Below are positions 32,801 to 38,595 of a stretch of 64,000 nt of DNA, piece after piece. Location of the stretch: the IMG/VR virus record IMGVR_UViG_3300023174_000048, positions 128,001-192,000 of that record; one strand, written 5' to 3'. A model generated the notes under the pieces. The model saw only the letters and a program-made list of their open reading frames with translations. It ran no database searches and was not told the DNA's origin. Numbering within the stretch: the first letter of the stretch is position 1; the number at the start of each line of letters is the position of its first letter. The stretch comes from a virus. Lineage: Duplodnaviria > Caudoviricetes. The position numbers and the translations under genes were made by a program.

Positions 32801-35800
32801 CTATTGCCCATGAGAACAGAAGCAACTTCTGGGCTAACAAAACTAGTTAAAGCTTCATCATCTCCATTAATCACTGCTTGCCTAACTTTAGTAGCACTAA
32901 TATCGTCTATCCTTGGAATATCTGTTACGTCAACTCCTGCTTTTTCATATTTTTGAAGAGCACCGGCTTTTTTCCCTGATGTGATTGCTAATGCTCCTTT
33001 TAGTTTAGCAAATTTTCTACGACCATTAGCTCCTTGAACCTCCATCATTTTTGGCAAAACATCTCCTCTGCCAGTTGATTCGGCACTTATCATGCCTCCA
33101 GGAAAATTAACTCCTGCTAATAATGCTCTAAAATCTGCTGGAAATATGCCATATCGTGCAGCATGTGCGAGCTTCTCTGCGTCGGTATCTCCTTCTCCTC
33201 TGTCCATCGATAAATTAGGAGCAACACTCACTATAATATCTTCTGCTGAAGCATTTGGATTTCTAGAAATCATATTACTTAATAAAGTATCAAATGCTCC
33301 ACGATGGCCTCTGGTCGGTGGAGCAAATCCACCAGTGTAGTATCCACCAGCCTGAACAATTTCTGGCAATTCTTCTTCAGTCTTACGTCTTAAACCAAAA
33401 CCTCCTGGTTTGCGACCAAGAACGGTTGCCCTTTTACCTAATTCATCCCTTAATATACTCTCTTCTACTGTAAAATCTCTAGGAGCAATATTTGTAATTC
33501 CTGGTTTACGACCATATAGACCTTCCCCCGTTAAATCTCTCTGAACTCTATTAGCTCCTATTTGATCTTGTTCTTCTGTTGTATTGGAACTTAATATATA
33601 TGCTCTATCAACATCTTTTAAATATGCATCTAATTTTTCTTGACTAGCAGTAGATGTTAAGACTATAACCTCATTAACTTTAGCAATATCTTCAGGGCTA
33701 AGAATTGAAGAGCGAATAGTTTTTCTTAAAGTTGCATCATCTGGAGATCCTTTTCCCGTAGCCAAACTACTTTTGCCTGATCCTGCTGCTCCAGCGATTG
33801 CTGTTAATTTTGATAAAGACTCTTCTTTTCTTGCTTGTGCTGCTAATTTTGCTAATTCTCTGCTATATAAACTAGTATTTGTAATTCCAAGTTTTTCCAT
33901 GGCTGGTCCAACAATATCGGCATTTGCTGGATCTCGTAAAACATCTGTATCTATAATTCCTATATTTCTTTGTACTTTTCCACCAGCAGCATAAGTTTGT
34001 CTCTGAATACCAGCACTACCCAATAGATCAGTTAGTGTAGAATCTAAAGCTCCTTGAAGATTACTATCAAGTCTAGGATAGTTCTGAACTAGTGTTGTTA
34101 AAAATTCTTCTTTCCCACTATCTTCTATTCTATCAATATAAGATTGAGAAATACTATTATCTAATAATACCTGATTAACTTCTGGATTTAATGGTTTAAA
34201 ATCTTTAGCCTTTTTAATACCAAGAGATTTTGCCCAAAGAGAGGATGCGGCGGTGGCTGCTTCGGGAGTTTTAGCAGGCTTGTCTCCCCTGCTAATAGAT
34301 CGATTTTGTTGTATAATTTGATCTAATGTTCCAACTTTGTATGAACGTCCATATACAACATCCGAACTATTATAGCTGGACTCTAAAGCATCAAATGCAT
34401 CTGCTAAATCATTATTATCTCCACTAAATAGTGAAACAACTCTTGATTTATATTTATCAAAACTCTCTGATGATCGTGTTCTTAATCCTTGAAATAATTG
34501 ATGGGTCATTTCATGATAAAAAGTATCATTTTTTCTACCAGAAAGTCTTCCGGTGCTCATGGTGATCGCGCCACGGCCAGTAGCTTTAGCTGTGGTTTGC
34601 ATCTGATCCATAGCAGTTAATTCTGCTTGGTTTTTTAATTTTTTAGTATTAGATATCTTCATTTGAAGATCATTAATCTCATCCCAAGTTTGTTTAGCTA
34701 ATGCTTCATCATATGAAAAAGATCCGTCATCAAAAGTTTTTACTGGTGTTTTTATTATTTTCTTCAATTCTTTTTGTTTTTCTGCTACTAATTTTTCATA
34801 TCCATAAAGATCCTGGTCATTGGCCTCTGTATATCCAGAACCAGATAGGTCATAGCCAGATGTGCTTTTAGTACCCATACCCGTTCTATCAAATTGACCA
34901 AGACCTTTTAATCCCAGATCAGTAAAATCAATATGACTTGGTAGAGCTAATGATAAATCTTCTTTTGGTAGTCCTATGAATTTAGCAAAGTCACTCATTC
35001 TTCTATAAATAGCGCTATTAGCTAATTTACTCTTGAAAGAATCTGCAAACTGCTTTCTATCGAATGGTATTGAGTCAAAAGCTTCGGTTGCTTTTGCTTG
35101 ATCCACTTTGAATCTAAAGTCTTCTGGATATTCCAAGAAGGATCCTCCACTAAAAGCTTTATCAACTTGTTCTTTATTTAGCTTGGCGTCTATTTCTTTG
35201 AAATAGGCATTACTAATTCTTTTGGGAAATGGAAAAGTTCCACTTCCAAATGATCGGGTTTCTTTTGCTTTTCCTCCGGCCATGAATTTTTGAATTTTTC
35301 CACCAAGATTTTTTTCTGTAAATCTACCTGTTTTAAATTCATCAGATATAGTTAAAATATTTGAATCGCCTTCTATAAGTAATCTATTATATCTATCTTT
35401 ATCTCCTTGTACAATTTGTTTCTTTAACTGCTTCAATTTACCTTCATCTGCATTATTCAGATTTTTTTTCAGTTCTTCTGTAGCCTTGTTTCCAGCCTCC
35501 ACAGCCGTTAGTCCTGAATCTGTTACTATTGTTTCTGGTGGTATAACCCAATCATTACTCTTTTTTCCTGTTTTTTTAACCTTACTTAATATATTAGCAT
35601 TTTTTTCATATTTTGATATTTGATCTAATTTTGCTTGACTGACTTTACTTTCTCCAGTTTTTTTAGAGTTAGCTCTCTCGCCCATAGTCTCATATGCATC
35701 AAAACCTCCTACTCTGAATTCTACTTCAAAAGGCTTTGGTCTAGGAATAGCAGTTGCAATAAAGCTATCTCCATCTTTTACTTTTTTAATACTTTCAAGT

Positions 35801-37593
35801 GATCTTATCTCAACAGCACCACCGCTAGCAAACCCTTTTCTTCGGTTTGATCCTCCAGCTCTTATACTTCCTCCACCACCATACTTATTCATATTATGAA
35901 GATTATCCGATCCTATAGTCTCAACAGCTTTTTTTCGTATCACAAATTCTCCTGGCTCTAACATTGCAGGAACAGTATCTCCACTACCAGTGCCTGGAAC
36001 AACACCTCCTCTTGCGAATTTTCTAATTACTCCACCACTAGCTTTACCATCTGGTCCTCTTTTAACTCCAGTACTAAAACCACTAGCAAATTGAGTTAAA
36101 GCTTTGGCGCCCTTAAATGCTGTTATAACAGCAAGAGCGGGTAATATTCCTTTAACAGCATCTGTCACTTTAATTAGTCCACTAGCTAAACTTAAAGCTC
36201 CTCTTATTAATGACTGAAAACCTTTTGATTGTCCTATTTCTCTGAATAGAGCAAAAAACTCTTGTCTTACTTTGCTAATTTGATTGGCCAAAGAAAGTTG
36301 TGCTGTTGCAGCATCTTTCGCTAATGATCCTTGACCAGCTTGTGCAGTCTTTAATGCTTCTTGAGCAACTGTGAACTGCTGAATAAGCGGAATAACTTTA
36401 CCAATTTGTCGGAATCCACCAAGTTCTTCAACTATCTTAGAGAACTGAGCAGTTCTTGGATCAATTCCACTCAATCCCTTACTTAATAATTCAACAGCTT
36501 TATAGGCTCCTACGAATTTACCTTCGGTATCAGTTAGATTAACTCCAAACTCTTTGAGAGAATCAATTGTGCTTCCTCTCTGAATACGAGTAAAAATAGT
36601 TCTTAAGCCAGTAGCAATAGTTTCAGCACTTTCACGAGTTGTAGCACGAACACTTGTGAACACTGCTATAAATTCATTTAAAGCATCCTTACCTTCACTA
36701 ACTCCTTTACTTGCAGTTGCAAATACGCTACCCGTTCTTTGAACAGCAGTAATAATGTCAGAAGATTCAACAGCGAATCTTGCAGCAACAGTATTTACAG
36801 CACCTAGTGCTCCTTCTAAATCATCAGCACTAATACCAAACTGTCTCATTAATGCGATACTTCCTTCTACTGTCTCATTCATATTATCAAATGATGGAGC
36901 TAAACTACTTAAAGCTAAAGCTCTTAATGCTTTTTCTGTTTCTCTCGCACTCAAACCAGCCTGTGCTAATGTAGAAGCAACAGAGGTTAAATCTTTAGAA
37001 CTAACACCAAATGTTGTTGACAGATTTGTAATTTGTTCTTGTAGTTTTGCAAGGCCAGATGACGATTCTCCGGTTACCTGTTGTAATTTAACTAATTCTT
37101 TATCATAATCAATAAATGCTTGAACACCCTGACTAATACTATTTGTTAATCCGTATATAACACTAGTAACAGTACTAAATGCTACGAATCTTCTAATGGC
37201 AAGACCAGCCTGTTTACCGAACTCTTGCATCTCTGCTGATGCTGATCCAAGATCTTTTGCTGACGAGGCTGATGCTTTGTTAAGTTTATTAACAGCATTA
37301 GCTGCTGCATTTATTTGTTGTGGAACGTTATTTATTTTGACGCTATTTATGCTGTTACCAAAAGCTTTGATAGCTGCTGAAGCAGCAGTAGCAGACGTTG
37401 TCGTTGAACCAAATGCGGCATTTAAGCCTTTGAGAGACGATGACAAAGCCGCAACATTTTTAGTAACAGCAGGATCAAGCTTAAAAGTAATATTTGCATT
37501 AATGTTACCAAGATCTTTTTTAATTTGTGCAGCAATTTGCTTTACATTTGTTGGTCCTTGTAAATTCAGTTGTGCAGTTAAGTTGAATGCCAT
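20896..37593 (-). CDS. Giant tape measure protein (TP901-type core) fused to multiple enzymatic cargo domains (polyvalent TMP)
   Basis: 5565-aa ORF after the tail tube and chaperone genes. The N-terminal ~500 aa carry the TP901-family TMP core (FIDYDKELVKLQQVTG...TLAQAG...QFGI...NTVAARFAVESSDI...TIATGLRTIFTRI); later long Ala/Glu/Lys coiled-coil tracts. Cargo motifs are listed under findings. Confidence 0.92.
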   Translation of the reverse strand: MAFNLTAQLNLQGPTNVKQIAAQIKKDLGNINANITFKLDPAVTKNVAALSSSLKGLNAAFGSTTTSATAASAAIKAFGNSINSVKINNVPQQINAAANAVNKLNKASASSAKDLGSASAEMQEFGKQAGLAIRRFVAFSTVTSVIYGLTNSISQGVQAFIDYDKELVKLQQVTGESSSGLAKLQEQITNLSTTFGVSSKDLTSVASTLAQAGLSARETEKALRALALSSLAPSFDNMNETVEGSIALMRQFGISADDLEGALGAVNTVAARFAVESSDIITAVQRTGSVFATASKGVSEGKDALNEFIAVFTSVRATTRESAETIATGLRTIFTRIQRGSTIDSLKEFGVNLTDTEGKFVGAYKAVELLSKGLSGIDPRTAQFSKIVEELGGFRQIGKVIPLIQQFTVAQEALKTAQAGQGSLAKDAATAQLSLANQISKVRQEFFALFREIGQSKGFQSLIRGALSLASGLIKVTDAVKGILPALAVITAFKGAKALTQFASGFSTGVKRGPDGKASGGVIRKFARGGVVPGTGSGDTVPAMLEPGEFVIRKKAVETIGSDNLHNMNKYGGGGSIRAGGSNRRKGFASGGAVEIRSLESIKKVKDGDSFIATAIPRPKPFEVEFRVGGFDAYETMGERANSKKTGESKVSQAKLDQISKYEKNANILSKVKKTGKKSNDWVIPPETIVTDSGLTAVEAGNKATEELKKNLNNADEGKLKQLKKQIVQGDKDRYNRLLIEGDSNILTISDEFKTGRFTEKNLGGKIQKFMAGGKAKETRSFGSGTFPFPKRISNAYFKEIDAKLNKEQVDKAFSGGSFLEYPEDFRFKVDQAKATEAFDSIPFDRKQFADSFKSKLANSAIYRRMSDFAKFIGLPKEDLSLALPSHIDFTDLGLKGLGQFDRTGMGTKSTSGYDLSGSGYTEANDQDLYGYEKLVAEKQKELKKIIKTPVKTFDDGSFSYDEALAKQTWDEINDLQMKISNTKKLKNQAELTAMDQMQTTAKATGRGAITMSTGRLSGRKNDTFYHEMTHQLFQGLRTRSSESFDKYKSRVVSLFSGDNNDLADAFDALESSYNSSDVVYGRSYKVGTLDQIIQQNRSISRGDKPAKTPEAATAASSLWAKSLGIKKAKDFKPLNPEVNQVLLDNSISQSYIDRIEDSGKEEFLTTLVQNYPRLDSNLQGALDSTLTDLLGSAGIQRQTYAAGGKVQRNIGIIDTDVLRDPANADIVGPAMEKLGITNTSLYSRELAKLAAQARKEESLSKLTAIAGAAGSGKSSLATGKGSPDDATLRKTIRSSILSPEDIAKVNEVIVLTSTASQEKLDAYLKDVDRAYILSSNTTEEQDQIGANRVQRDLTGEGLYGRKPGITNIAPRDFTVEESILRDELGKRATVLGRKPGGFGLRRKTEEELPEIVQAGGYYTGGFAPPTRGHRGAFDTLLSNMISRNPNASAEDIIVSVAPNLSMDRGEGDTDAEKLAHAARYGIFPADFRALLAGVNFPGGMISAESTGRGDVLPKMMEVQGANGRRKFAKLKGALAITSGKKAGALQKYEKAGVDVTDIPRIDDISATKVRQAVINGDDEALTSFVSPEVASVLMGNRAQLRNRSVMVPMLIEEITKYGANQKAQTNAEIQKMLAEAPGGPYGKNITQRVRDNAPDVVAQIEAMREKRDELSSSLLGYRAHNIISLLSAKYPDAYGLDPSRRASVSAQPSDLSKDVISAQLSEGMAGEFSGVPTAMPSGLQEAILKNVEKATQVKKSSGILPAQGTEILKRFGTDRLPNDASFGPFSGKTVRDTAEGGKLKYWNSAFRPETKADKLAYYIATRDYLIDKFNESQGTQKATSLAETTSAVLSSKQLGLVGLNPLGYTGLLGPETWNLGVDSSGQERSIDASIVQRGLPNQYQNVIDYLSGQTEEIVGGAAKLLGISPKKLTKKQRETLGQGNIEGALLEQIFGSADATILDDALRTRPIDFPMGIGSKAAKIFGIDPDIPTEVKRTIDSNSRGKAVEEFQKHFRQQYGIPEPVKEDIQMLSEGGWVRGSYSPPDIAARAKTLGMSQEELTAKLEERLDNRYKDYAIPDWEINKRFGLIPSKKTSPEQERYELAQANKQKRIQEAMEKQGRKPKEFETKTNDEKMWRKNRGYATGGQVKLYHGSNTGVDDSVLKSFKEKGALSNIAKGYGQGEGFYLYTEKNKAEQQAKMRVNGGSNFTVAQGDRSGKPMVLSFDETLDPKTYDLDYELQKGLVVQWMHDNYDTLKDKYAPTENQTGLKGKFDKNPDAGMMSVGVRVQEGSQTLKSEDGTEFTLPGGSRKSIYAGSEGDVREGALLGQLMSRIQSGDPELVNSFESKLFEKPLGLALKYVGSSPLKPTNIETFAQGGQAGISSKDTVPALLTPGEFVVNKKAAEKIGYGKLETLNKADKLQGYNKGGVVGGGVIQRFATGGSVFSIEEIMKGLKGFAEPAVQKLKTRPETIDSKSIEASSELVNNIKLLTKGFEEAGYSMISFKKVLEQVGAGADISYKDIEKAMTKDVERLKITGASIDTIIAAEKALKNVRDQAKTAVAKRQFLEAGLKESKTGKVLGSGGAQQAILTEAEKKEKLITAQRKSQIEKDLIKKDPSLLGDKDKLERRTNRRLEKEQRQIKEQAFSSATEKVTGIKRSELSGMGIGGADIQSYVSQSMTDRKTLAQMDKQLIAMRLEEYKNAGTVRGVSVKSASEALSLAKEEVSKRREMINEMAKEQGEKGVGAGGLTDIRNSPIKKAVQERYFSGTMSQGIGTALGDVGMVAGLVGGQGKNIANLMYDTSTDEGKIAAAGKGAAIEQAGSTLATGLTTASQLMAINPLLGGLTALGTVVYAATDYFTDFTGAQETAALEMEKNLRFEEVAASEKDLAKAFKDFEKDLGNIDLQKALDKALVRSSESSLKAVSAETKVAQNEKGKTRTWTEFLSGAEKPKMDTQDFNELDSKIAERNADSGDKAFALISQKINTGASVESIQADKELIGARRALVLADEDALKTVRARIMEEGGYEKVSKEKQDAILDEVANQKILTNVQVQSAIKTKQMSDALEAADKAGRKLAASFEKLSNIISESVNRIKFESDVRKSSAEKSRSALRGQSEDNGPKLRELNVLENPNAYSEKDFNQALQSATAGVDEKTRNQLIGGAQLQQQLPNAITKSIAEKLSTKGSLGVEEAKTEAIKTTNEQIDKTNLSDEQKTSLKKQAETRINNLAEEAKKKNDTPQAELDAFREGLGDADNILGAFGVKTLEAVKALSSFKQGALADFSEGLRDASKAAKDAQNYFKKARDIRAQGDMNLREVMTGVGETYDEKQARVMGDVAGLAGGETSVGGIKNRIVDLQAQRTAVEEKRQGMSDPDELKKSAIQLRSLDDQLRDTREALDTLASSTELVEKAFDDLKNVRDLQKNRESFVNTLLTNTPEEADKLNKTFIRLQRNLSGGLNGASNQRDARKAFNQTLRETGSVREATKAGNTVLANQRKETLALSQDPGVRAAQELNIRNQYAQGKGKPGVSADQAVADYFKQQQLQLTKSMAIESGMMNNPLVQQSIAAMENPNADPAMKEASSKYLQSVGLQADATKAQGELALLESQQALVSANANLKVSIDDLRTTVEASMLNNDMNEGRINAPGGAKVPLNIGVAAPVAPPKARGGLIYASEGQLVNFQPQGTDTVPAMLTPGEFVINARSTSEHLPLLKAINSGNYSKGGVVYLAQGGEVQKRKEERIDAQKESWMMSEATGGRPDEVVSRTSSSWAQSQVGDGRWMGMTEDERQSEAKKYEPEFQNRWDNYNNKENDAQLRSANDAGYGSIKEDPNSAIVGANFFNEEKKRATERFEKARDAETAALNTPIAQTSLSPQEFSQPVIQPSLPVPLVRADVIPWGRGTTTKIRPTQEAIDEKKKIKSEDSRRRSLWMKGSKGRSPEEETEYATLKSNQIKREVGPYTVEKDRNISSLVNSAYRKGAQSNEITPEERSALKELGSDRRNRGSLRALSFSAALPPITSNAVNPSGLDPATASRINEGYSRPSNEQQAAQQNAAIESGIRQQYTTARPDITDPAVSSGVQTGLASYTTNKVLQKPDPNDPKYQTRNPLEGMVNRIADNRAYEAQQTQQATQTNTSVNLRTPEIKNQDGRLGVNIGPMVPSPRVSLPGDYVAGTNYTYGGDPNTPRFESQKTTRDRESSRRDWFNFPLGSPSNVLATETMIKYPNQLFMPNSQINSYQSVGATDPLEYSNDPKIRAKAETQNVYRITASPGLSSSIQTATTSSDTKKKREADSAITSTKIGIEKRAQIAAQEQAFDVEFNQLLESGAWRDDEGNREAYKKQRRQQVINERNKAKEDAQTAEIDNKFNKFLAEGKVKEEQRDKYRDEQRSYMPKPYKESVASYKVPTTEQLLQDQANSEAIAQFEGAQQVSAAEKVRAQQQKAEEDRQASLYINSSNPATAAVGYVGGVTQGIGDALYGAANITAGAVATVASPIVGGIGYAMSGDDTAFKIGDENNLRNRTAENMYDEARANGRPMPSPQEIAAAQDVAAIRARTFTANSDRLNNQQGAYSAATSAAADVGLRAMGAGATSFVEAGQAVAGMGPIQTGEQTALQRNDARNVELAGGMDSWAGFGTAFAQTTAYGSTQGAGALVNAEGAVFNVAGRMAGAAGRVASRIPGVSSVGRAAGKIPGAASVGRVAGTVDRAITSTARGAGRLGGRIPGARGAGRAVNNFVEGVQDVATQMGDVIGVRGIAPSYSRPNLNRSGTTSSYKNLKPAKPVTFPESAPTKIRSIDDINPLEYDGNYGRLAAKAKAARSRALDEKLSNIDLTMPTPGPQVKPKITAAQYQQIQDLVNQGVPNSTATQSVLGKAKTTVAGPSIVKPKPTKPTIPTKPVKPTTATKSKVNVTDPVSFRQVQENLASDLADYVTPARRNKFLSEFVEKSTPQSVSVDLDKINASRQIKGINRPVTNSSKVGMTTAESKLVFGSQYADESIVKHELGHLFQKSTKGSKKDPFGKRSLQKSPLMKEIEKFVDDPSGLSSISGGKSKNGYSSSAIKKNPSELLTTLVENIEKVKGNKIAERILKKLMKFHGYNKGGLVRYYGNGGHVDDHDSHDSHGHHGMTTSSLAGNAASTGLSAVATRGRNPLNMRTMGSNLDAHFGTGHTATLVGEGIDMIGEARHTAHSVGHGAKVFGLGTSSPAAATGIGAVAAYGGYAAGSYASEAAAIMSGEKTAEDYAKENDRQRQQGYAQNFGENMFSPGRAAAQLVVETESTTRQMADNAAESKRIEQRTQELGAQGLIPDHYTQSQEYKKAERERQIQNVPKPAGGRMMYASGGLVYANNGALVPSLSQGTDTVPAMLTPGEFVVNRESSQQHMPLLNAINSGHFNRGGIVNYLANGGIVAPKYYAEAGLVSGGSGGSSGSSGVSNDISSSISAAVGQAMNQLSTALESGMETYSQMIQSSTETLNNFGQTFSSASQTIASSANTWSETASQIPTSLTAEINGTQSVRLDVGSVQNHASAAGKSAGESAGHYAGAITSQNTVAKYDRTQFEGNLNSAANNRPMRT

Positions 37594-37623
37594 AATTTGA
37601 TTGTCCTAATTAATTATTTAGCT

Positions 37624-37668
37624 AAAAAAATATTCCCAGCCACAAGAAAAATCTCATGATTGGGAATA
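37624..37668 (-). terminator. Rho-independent terminator immediately upstream of the TMP gene
   Basis: Minus strand reads TATTCCCA-A-TCATGAGA-TTTT-TCTTGTGG-C-TGGGAATA-TTTTTTT: an 8-bp perfect outer stem, an inner stem with G-U pairs, and a 7-T tract. Confidence 0.8.
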
Positions 37669-37695
37669 CTAAAAAGAAGAATTATGTTATAAAAA

Positions 37696-38595
37696 CTAAG
37701 CTGGAGCAACCTCTTTTGATTCAGAAACGACGGGCTGAGCTGGTTGAGTCTCTGGCTCGACTGTTTCTGTTTTTGCTGTTGGTTCATCTTTTTTGTCTTC
37801 TTCTAAGATAACTGGGTTTCCGTTTTCATCTAGGAACGGCTGTGCATCAACGAGATAATCTCCATCAGAAGTTACTCTGTTACCATACTTATCAACAAAG
37901 TTACCTTCTTCGTCTATAAATCGTCCACTCTCATCAATTAGCCTACTTTCCGCATCAATTAGTCTGCCCTTCTTGTCTACTAATCGTAGCTTATCGTCAA
38001 CAAACTTAAACTTCTTTAAGAATTTGTTTTCTGGTAAATTACTTTCATAGTCATTATCCAAACCATACAGCATATTGGCCAAGTTTTGTGCTCCTAGTAG
38101 TCCAACCTGATCAGTTGATCTATTAAGATAGTCTTCCATATTGTTGAAATACGGTTGCTTGCTATCATTATACACCACACAAACACTAACTAAATAGTTA
38201 AATCTAGCATTATCAGCTTGACCTTCGGCACTATGGTTGTCTAGAGATGTACGAACACTGATAAGATCTCGTATTTCATCTCTGACGCCCTTCATTTTAA
38301 TTGCAAGGTCTTTGGCTTCGTTTAAACTAAATCCACCCTTAGCAAGTCTCTTCTCGCCATCAAGCAACTCTTTTTGCAAGGTGGTGAACTTAGCCTGTTT
38401 TTCATCGTTCCATAAACCCTGATCTTCTAATAGATCATCTAATTTTGCCCTCACAACACTTTTGCTTTTAATAGCATCAGTAAAAGCTTGATTATAAACT
38501 TTTTGGGCTTCTCTTTGATCATTTAAAGACGGTGTTTTAACAAGAAACTCTTTTTCTGCACCATCAACTGTTGTCTTAAAAGTCTTAGTCTTCAT
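37696..38595 (-). CDS. Probable tail assembly chaperone
   Basis: Last gene before the TMP. Likely start is ATG 38595 (AAGGAGA RBS) rather than 38622 from the track. Acidic C-terminus with D-x-x-G-R/N-x-[IV]-D repeats. Function is inferred from synteny. Confidence 0.65.
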   Translation of the reverse strand: MKTKTFKTTVDGAEKEFLVKTPSLNDQREAQKVYNQAFTDAIKSKSVVRAKLDDLLEDQGLWNDEKQAKFTTLQKELLDGEKRLAKGGFSLNEAKDLAIKMKGVRDEIRDLISVRTSLDNHSAEGQADNARFNYLVSVCVVYNDSKQPYFNNMEDYLNRSTDQVGLLGAQNLANMLYGLDNDYESNLPENKFLKKFKFVDDKLRLVDKKGRLIDAESRLIDESGRFIDEEGNFVDKYGNRVTSDGDYLVDAQPFLDENGNPVILEEDKKDEPTAKTETVEPETQPAQPVVSESKEVAPA

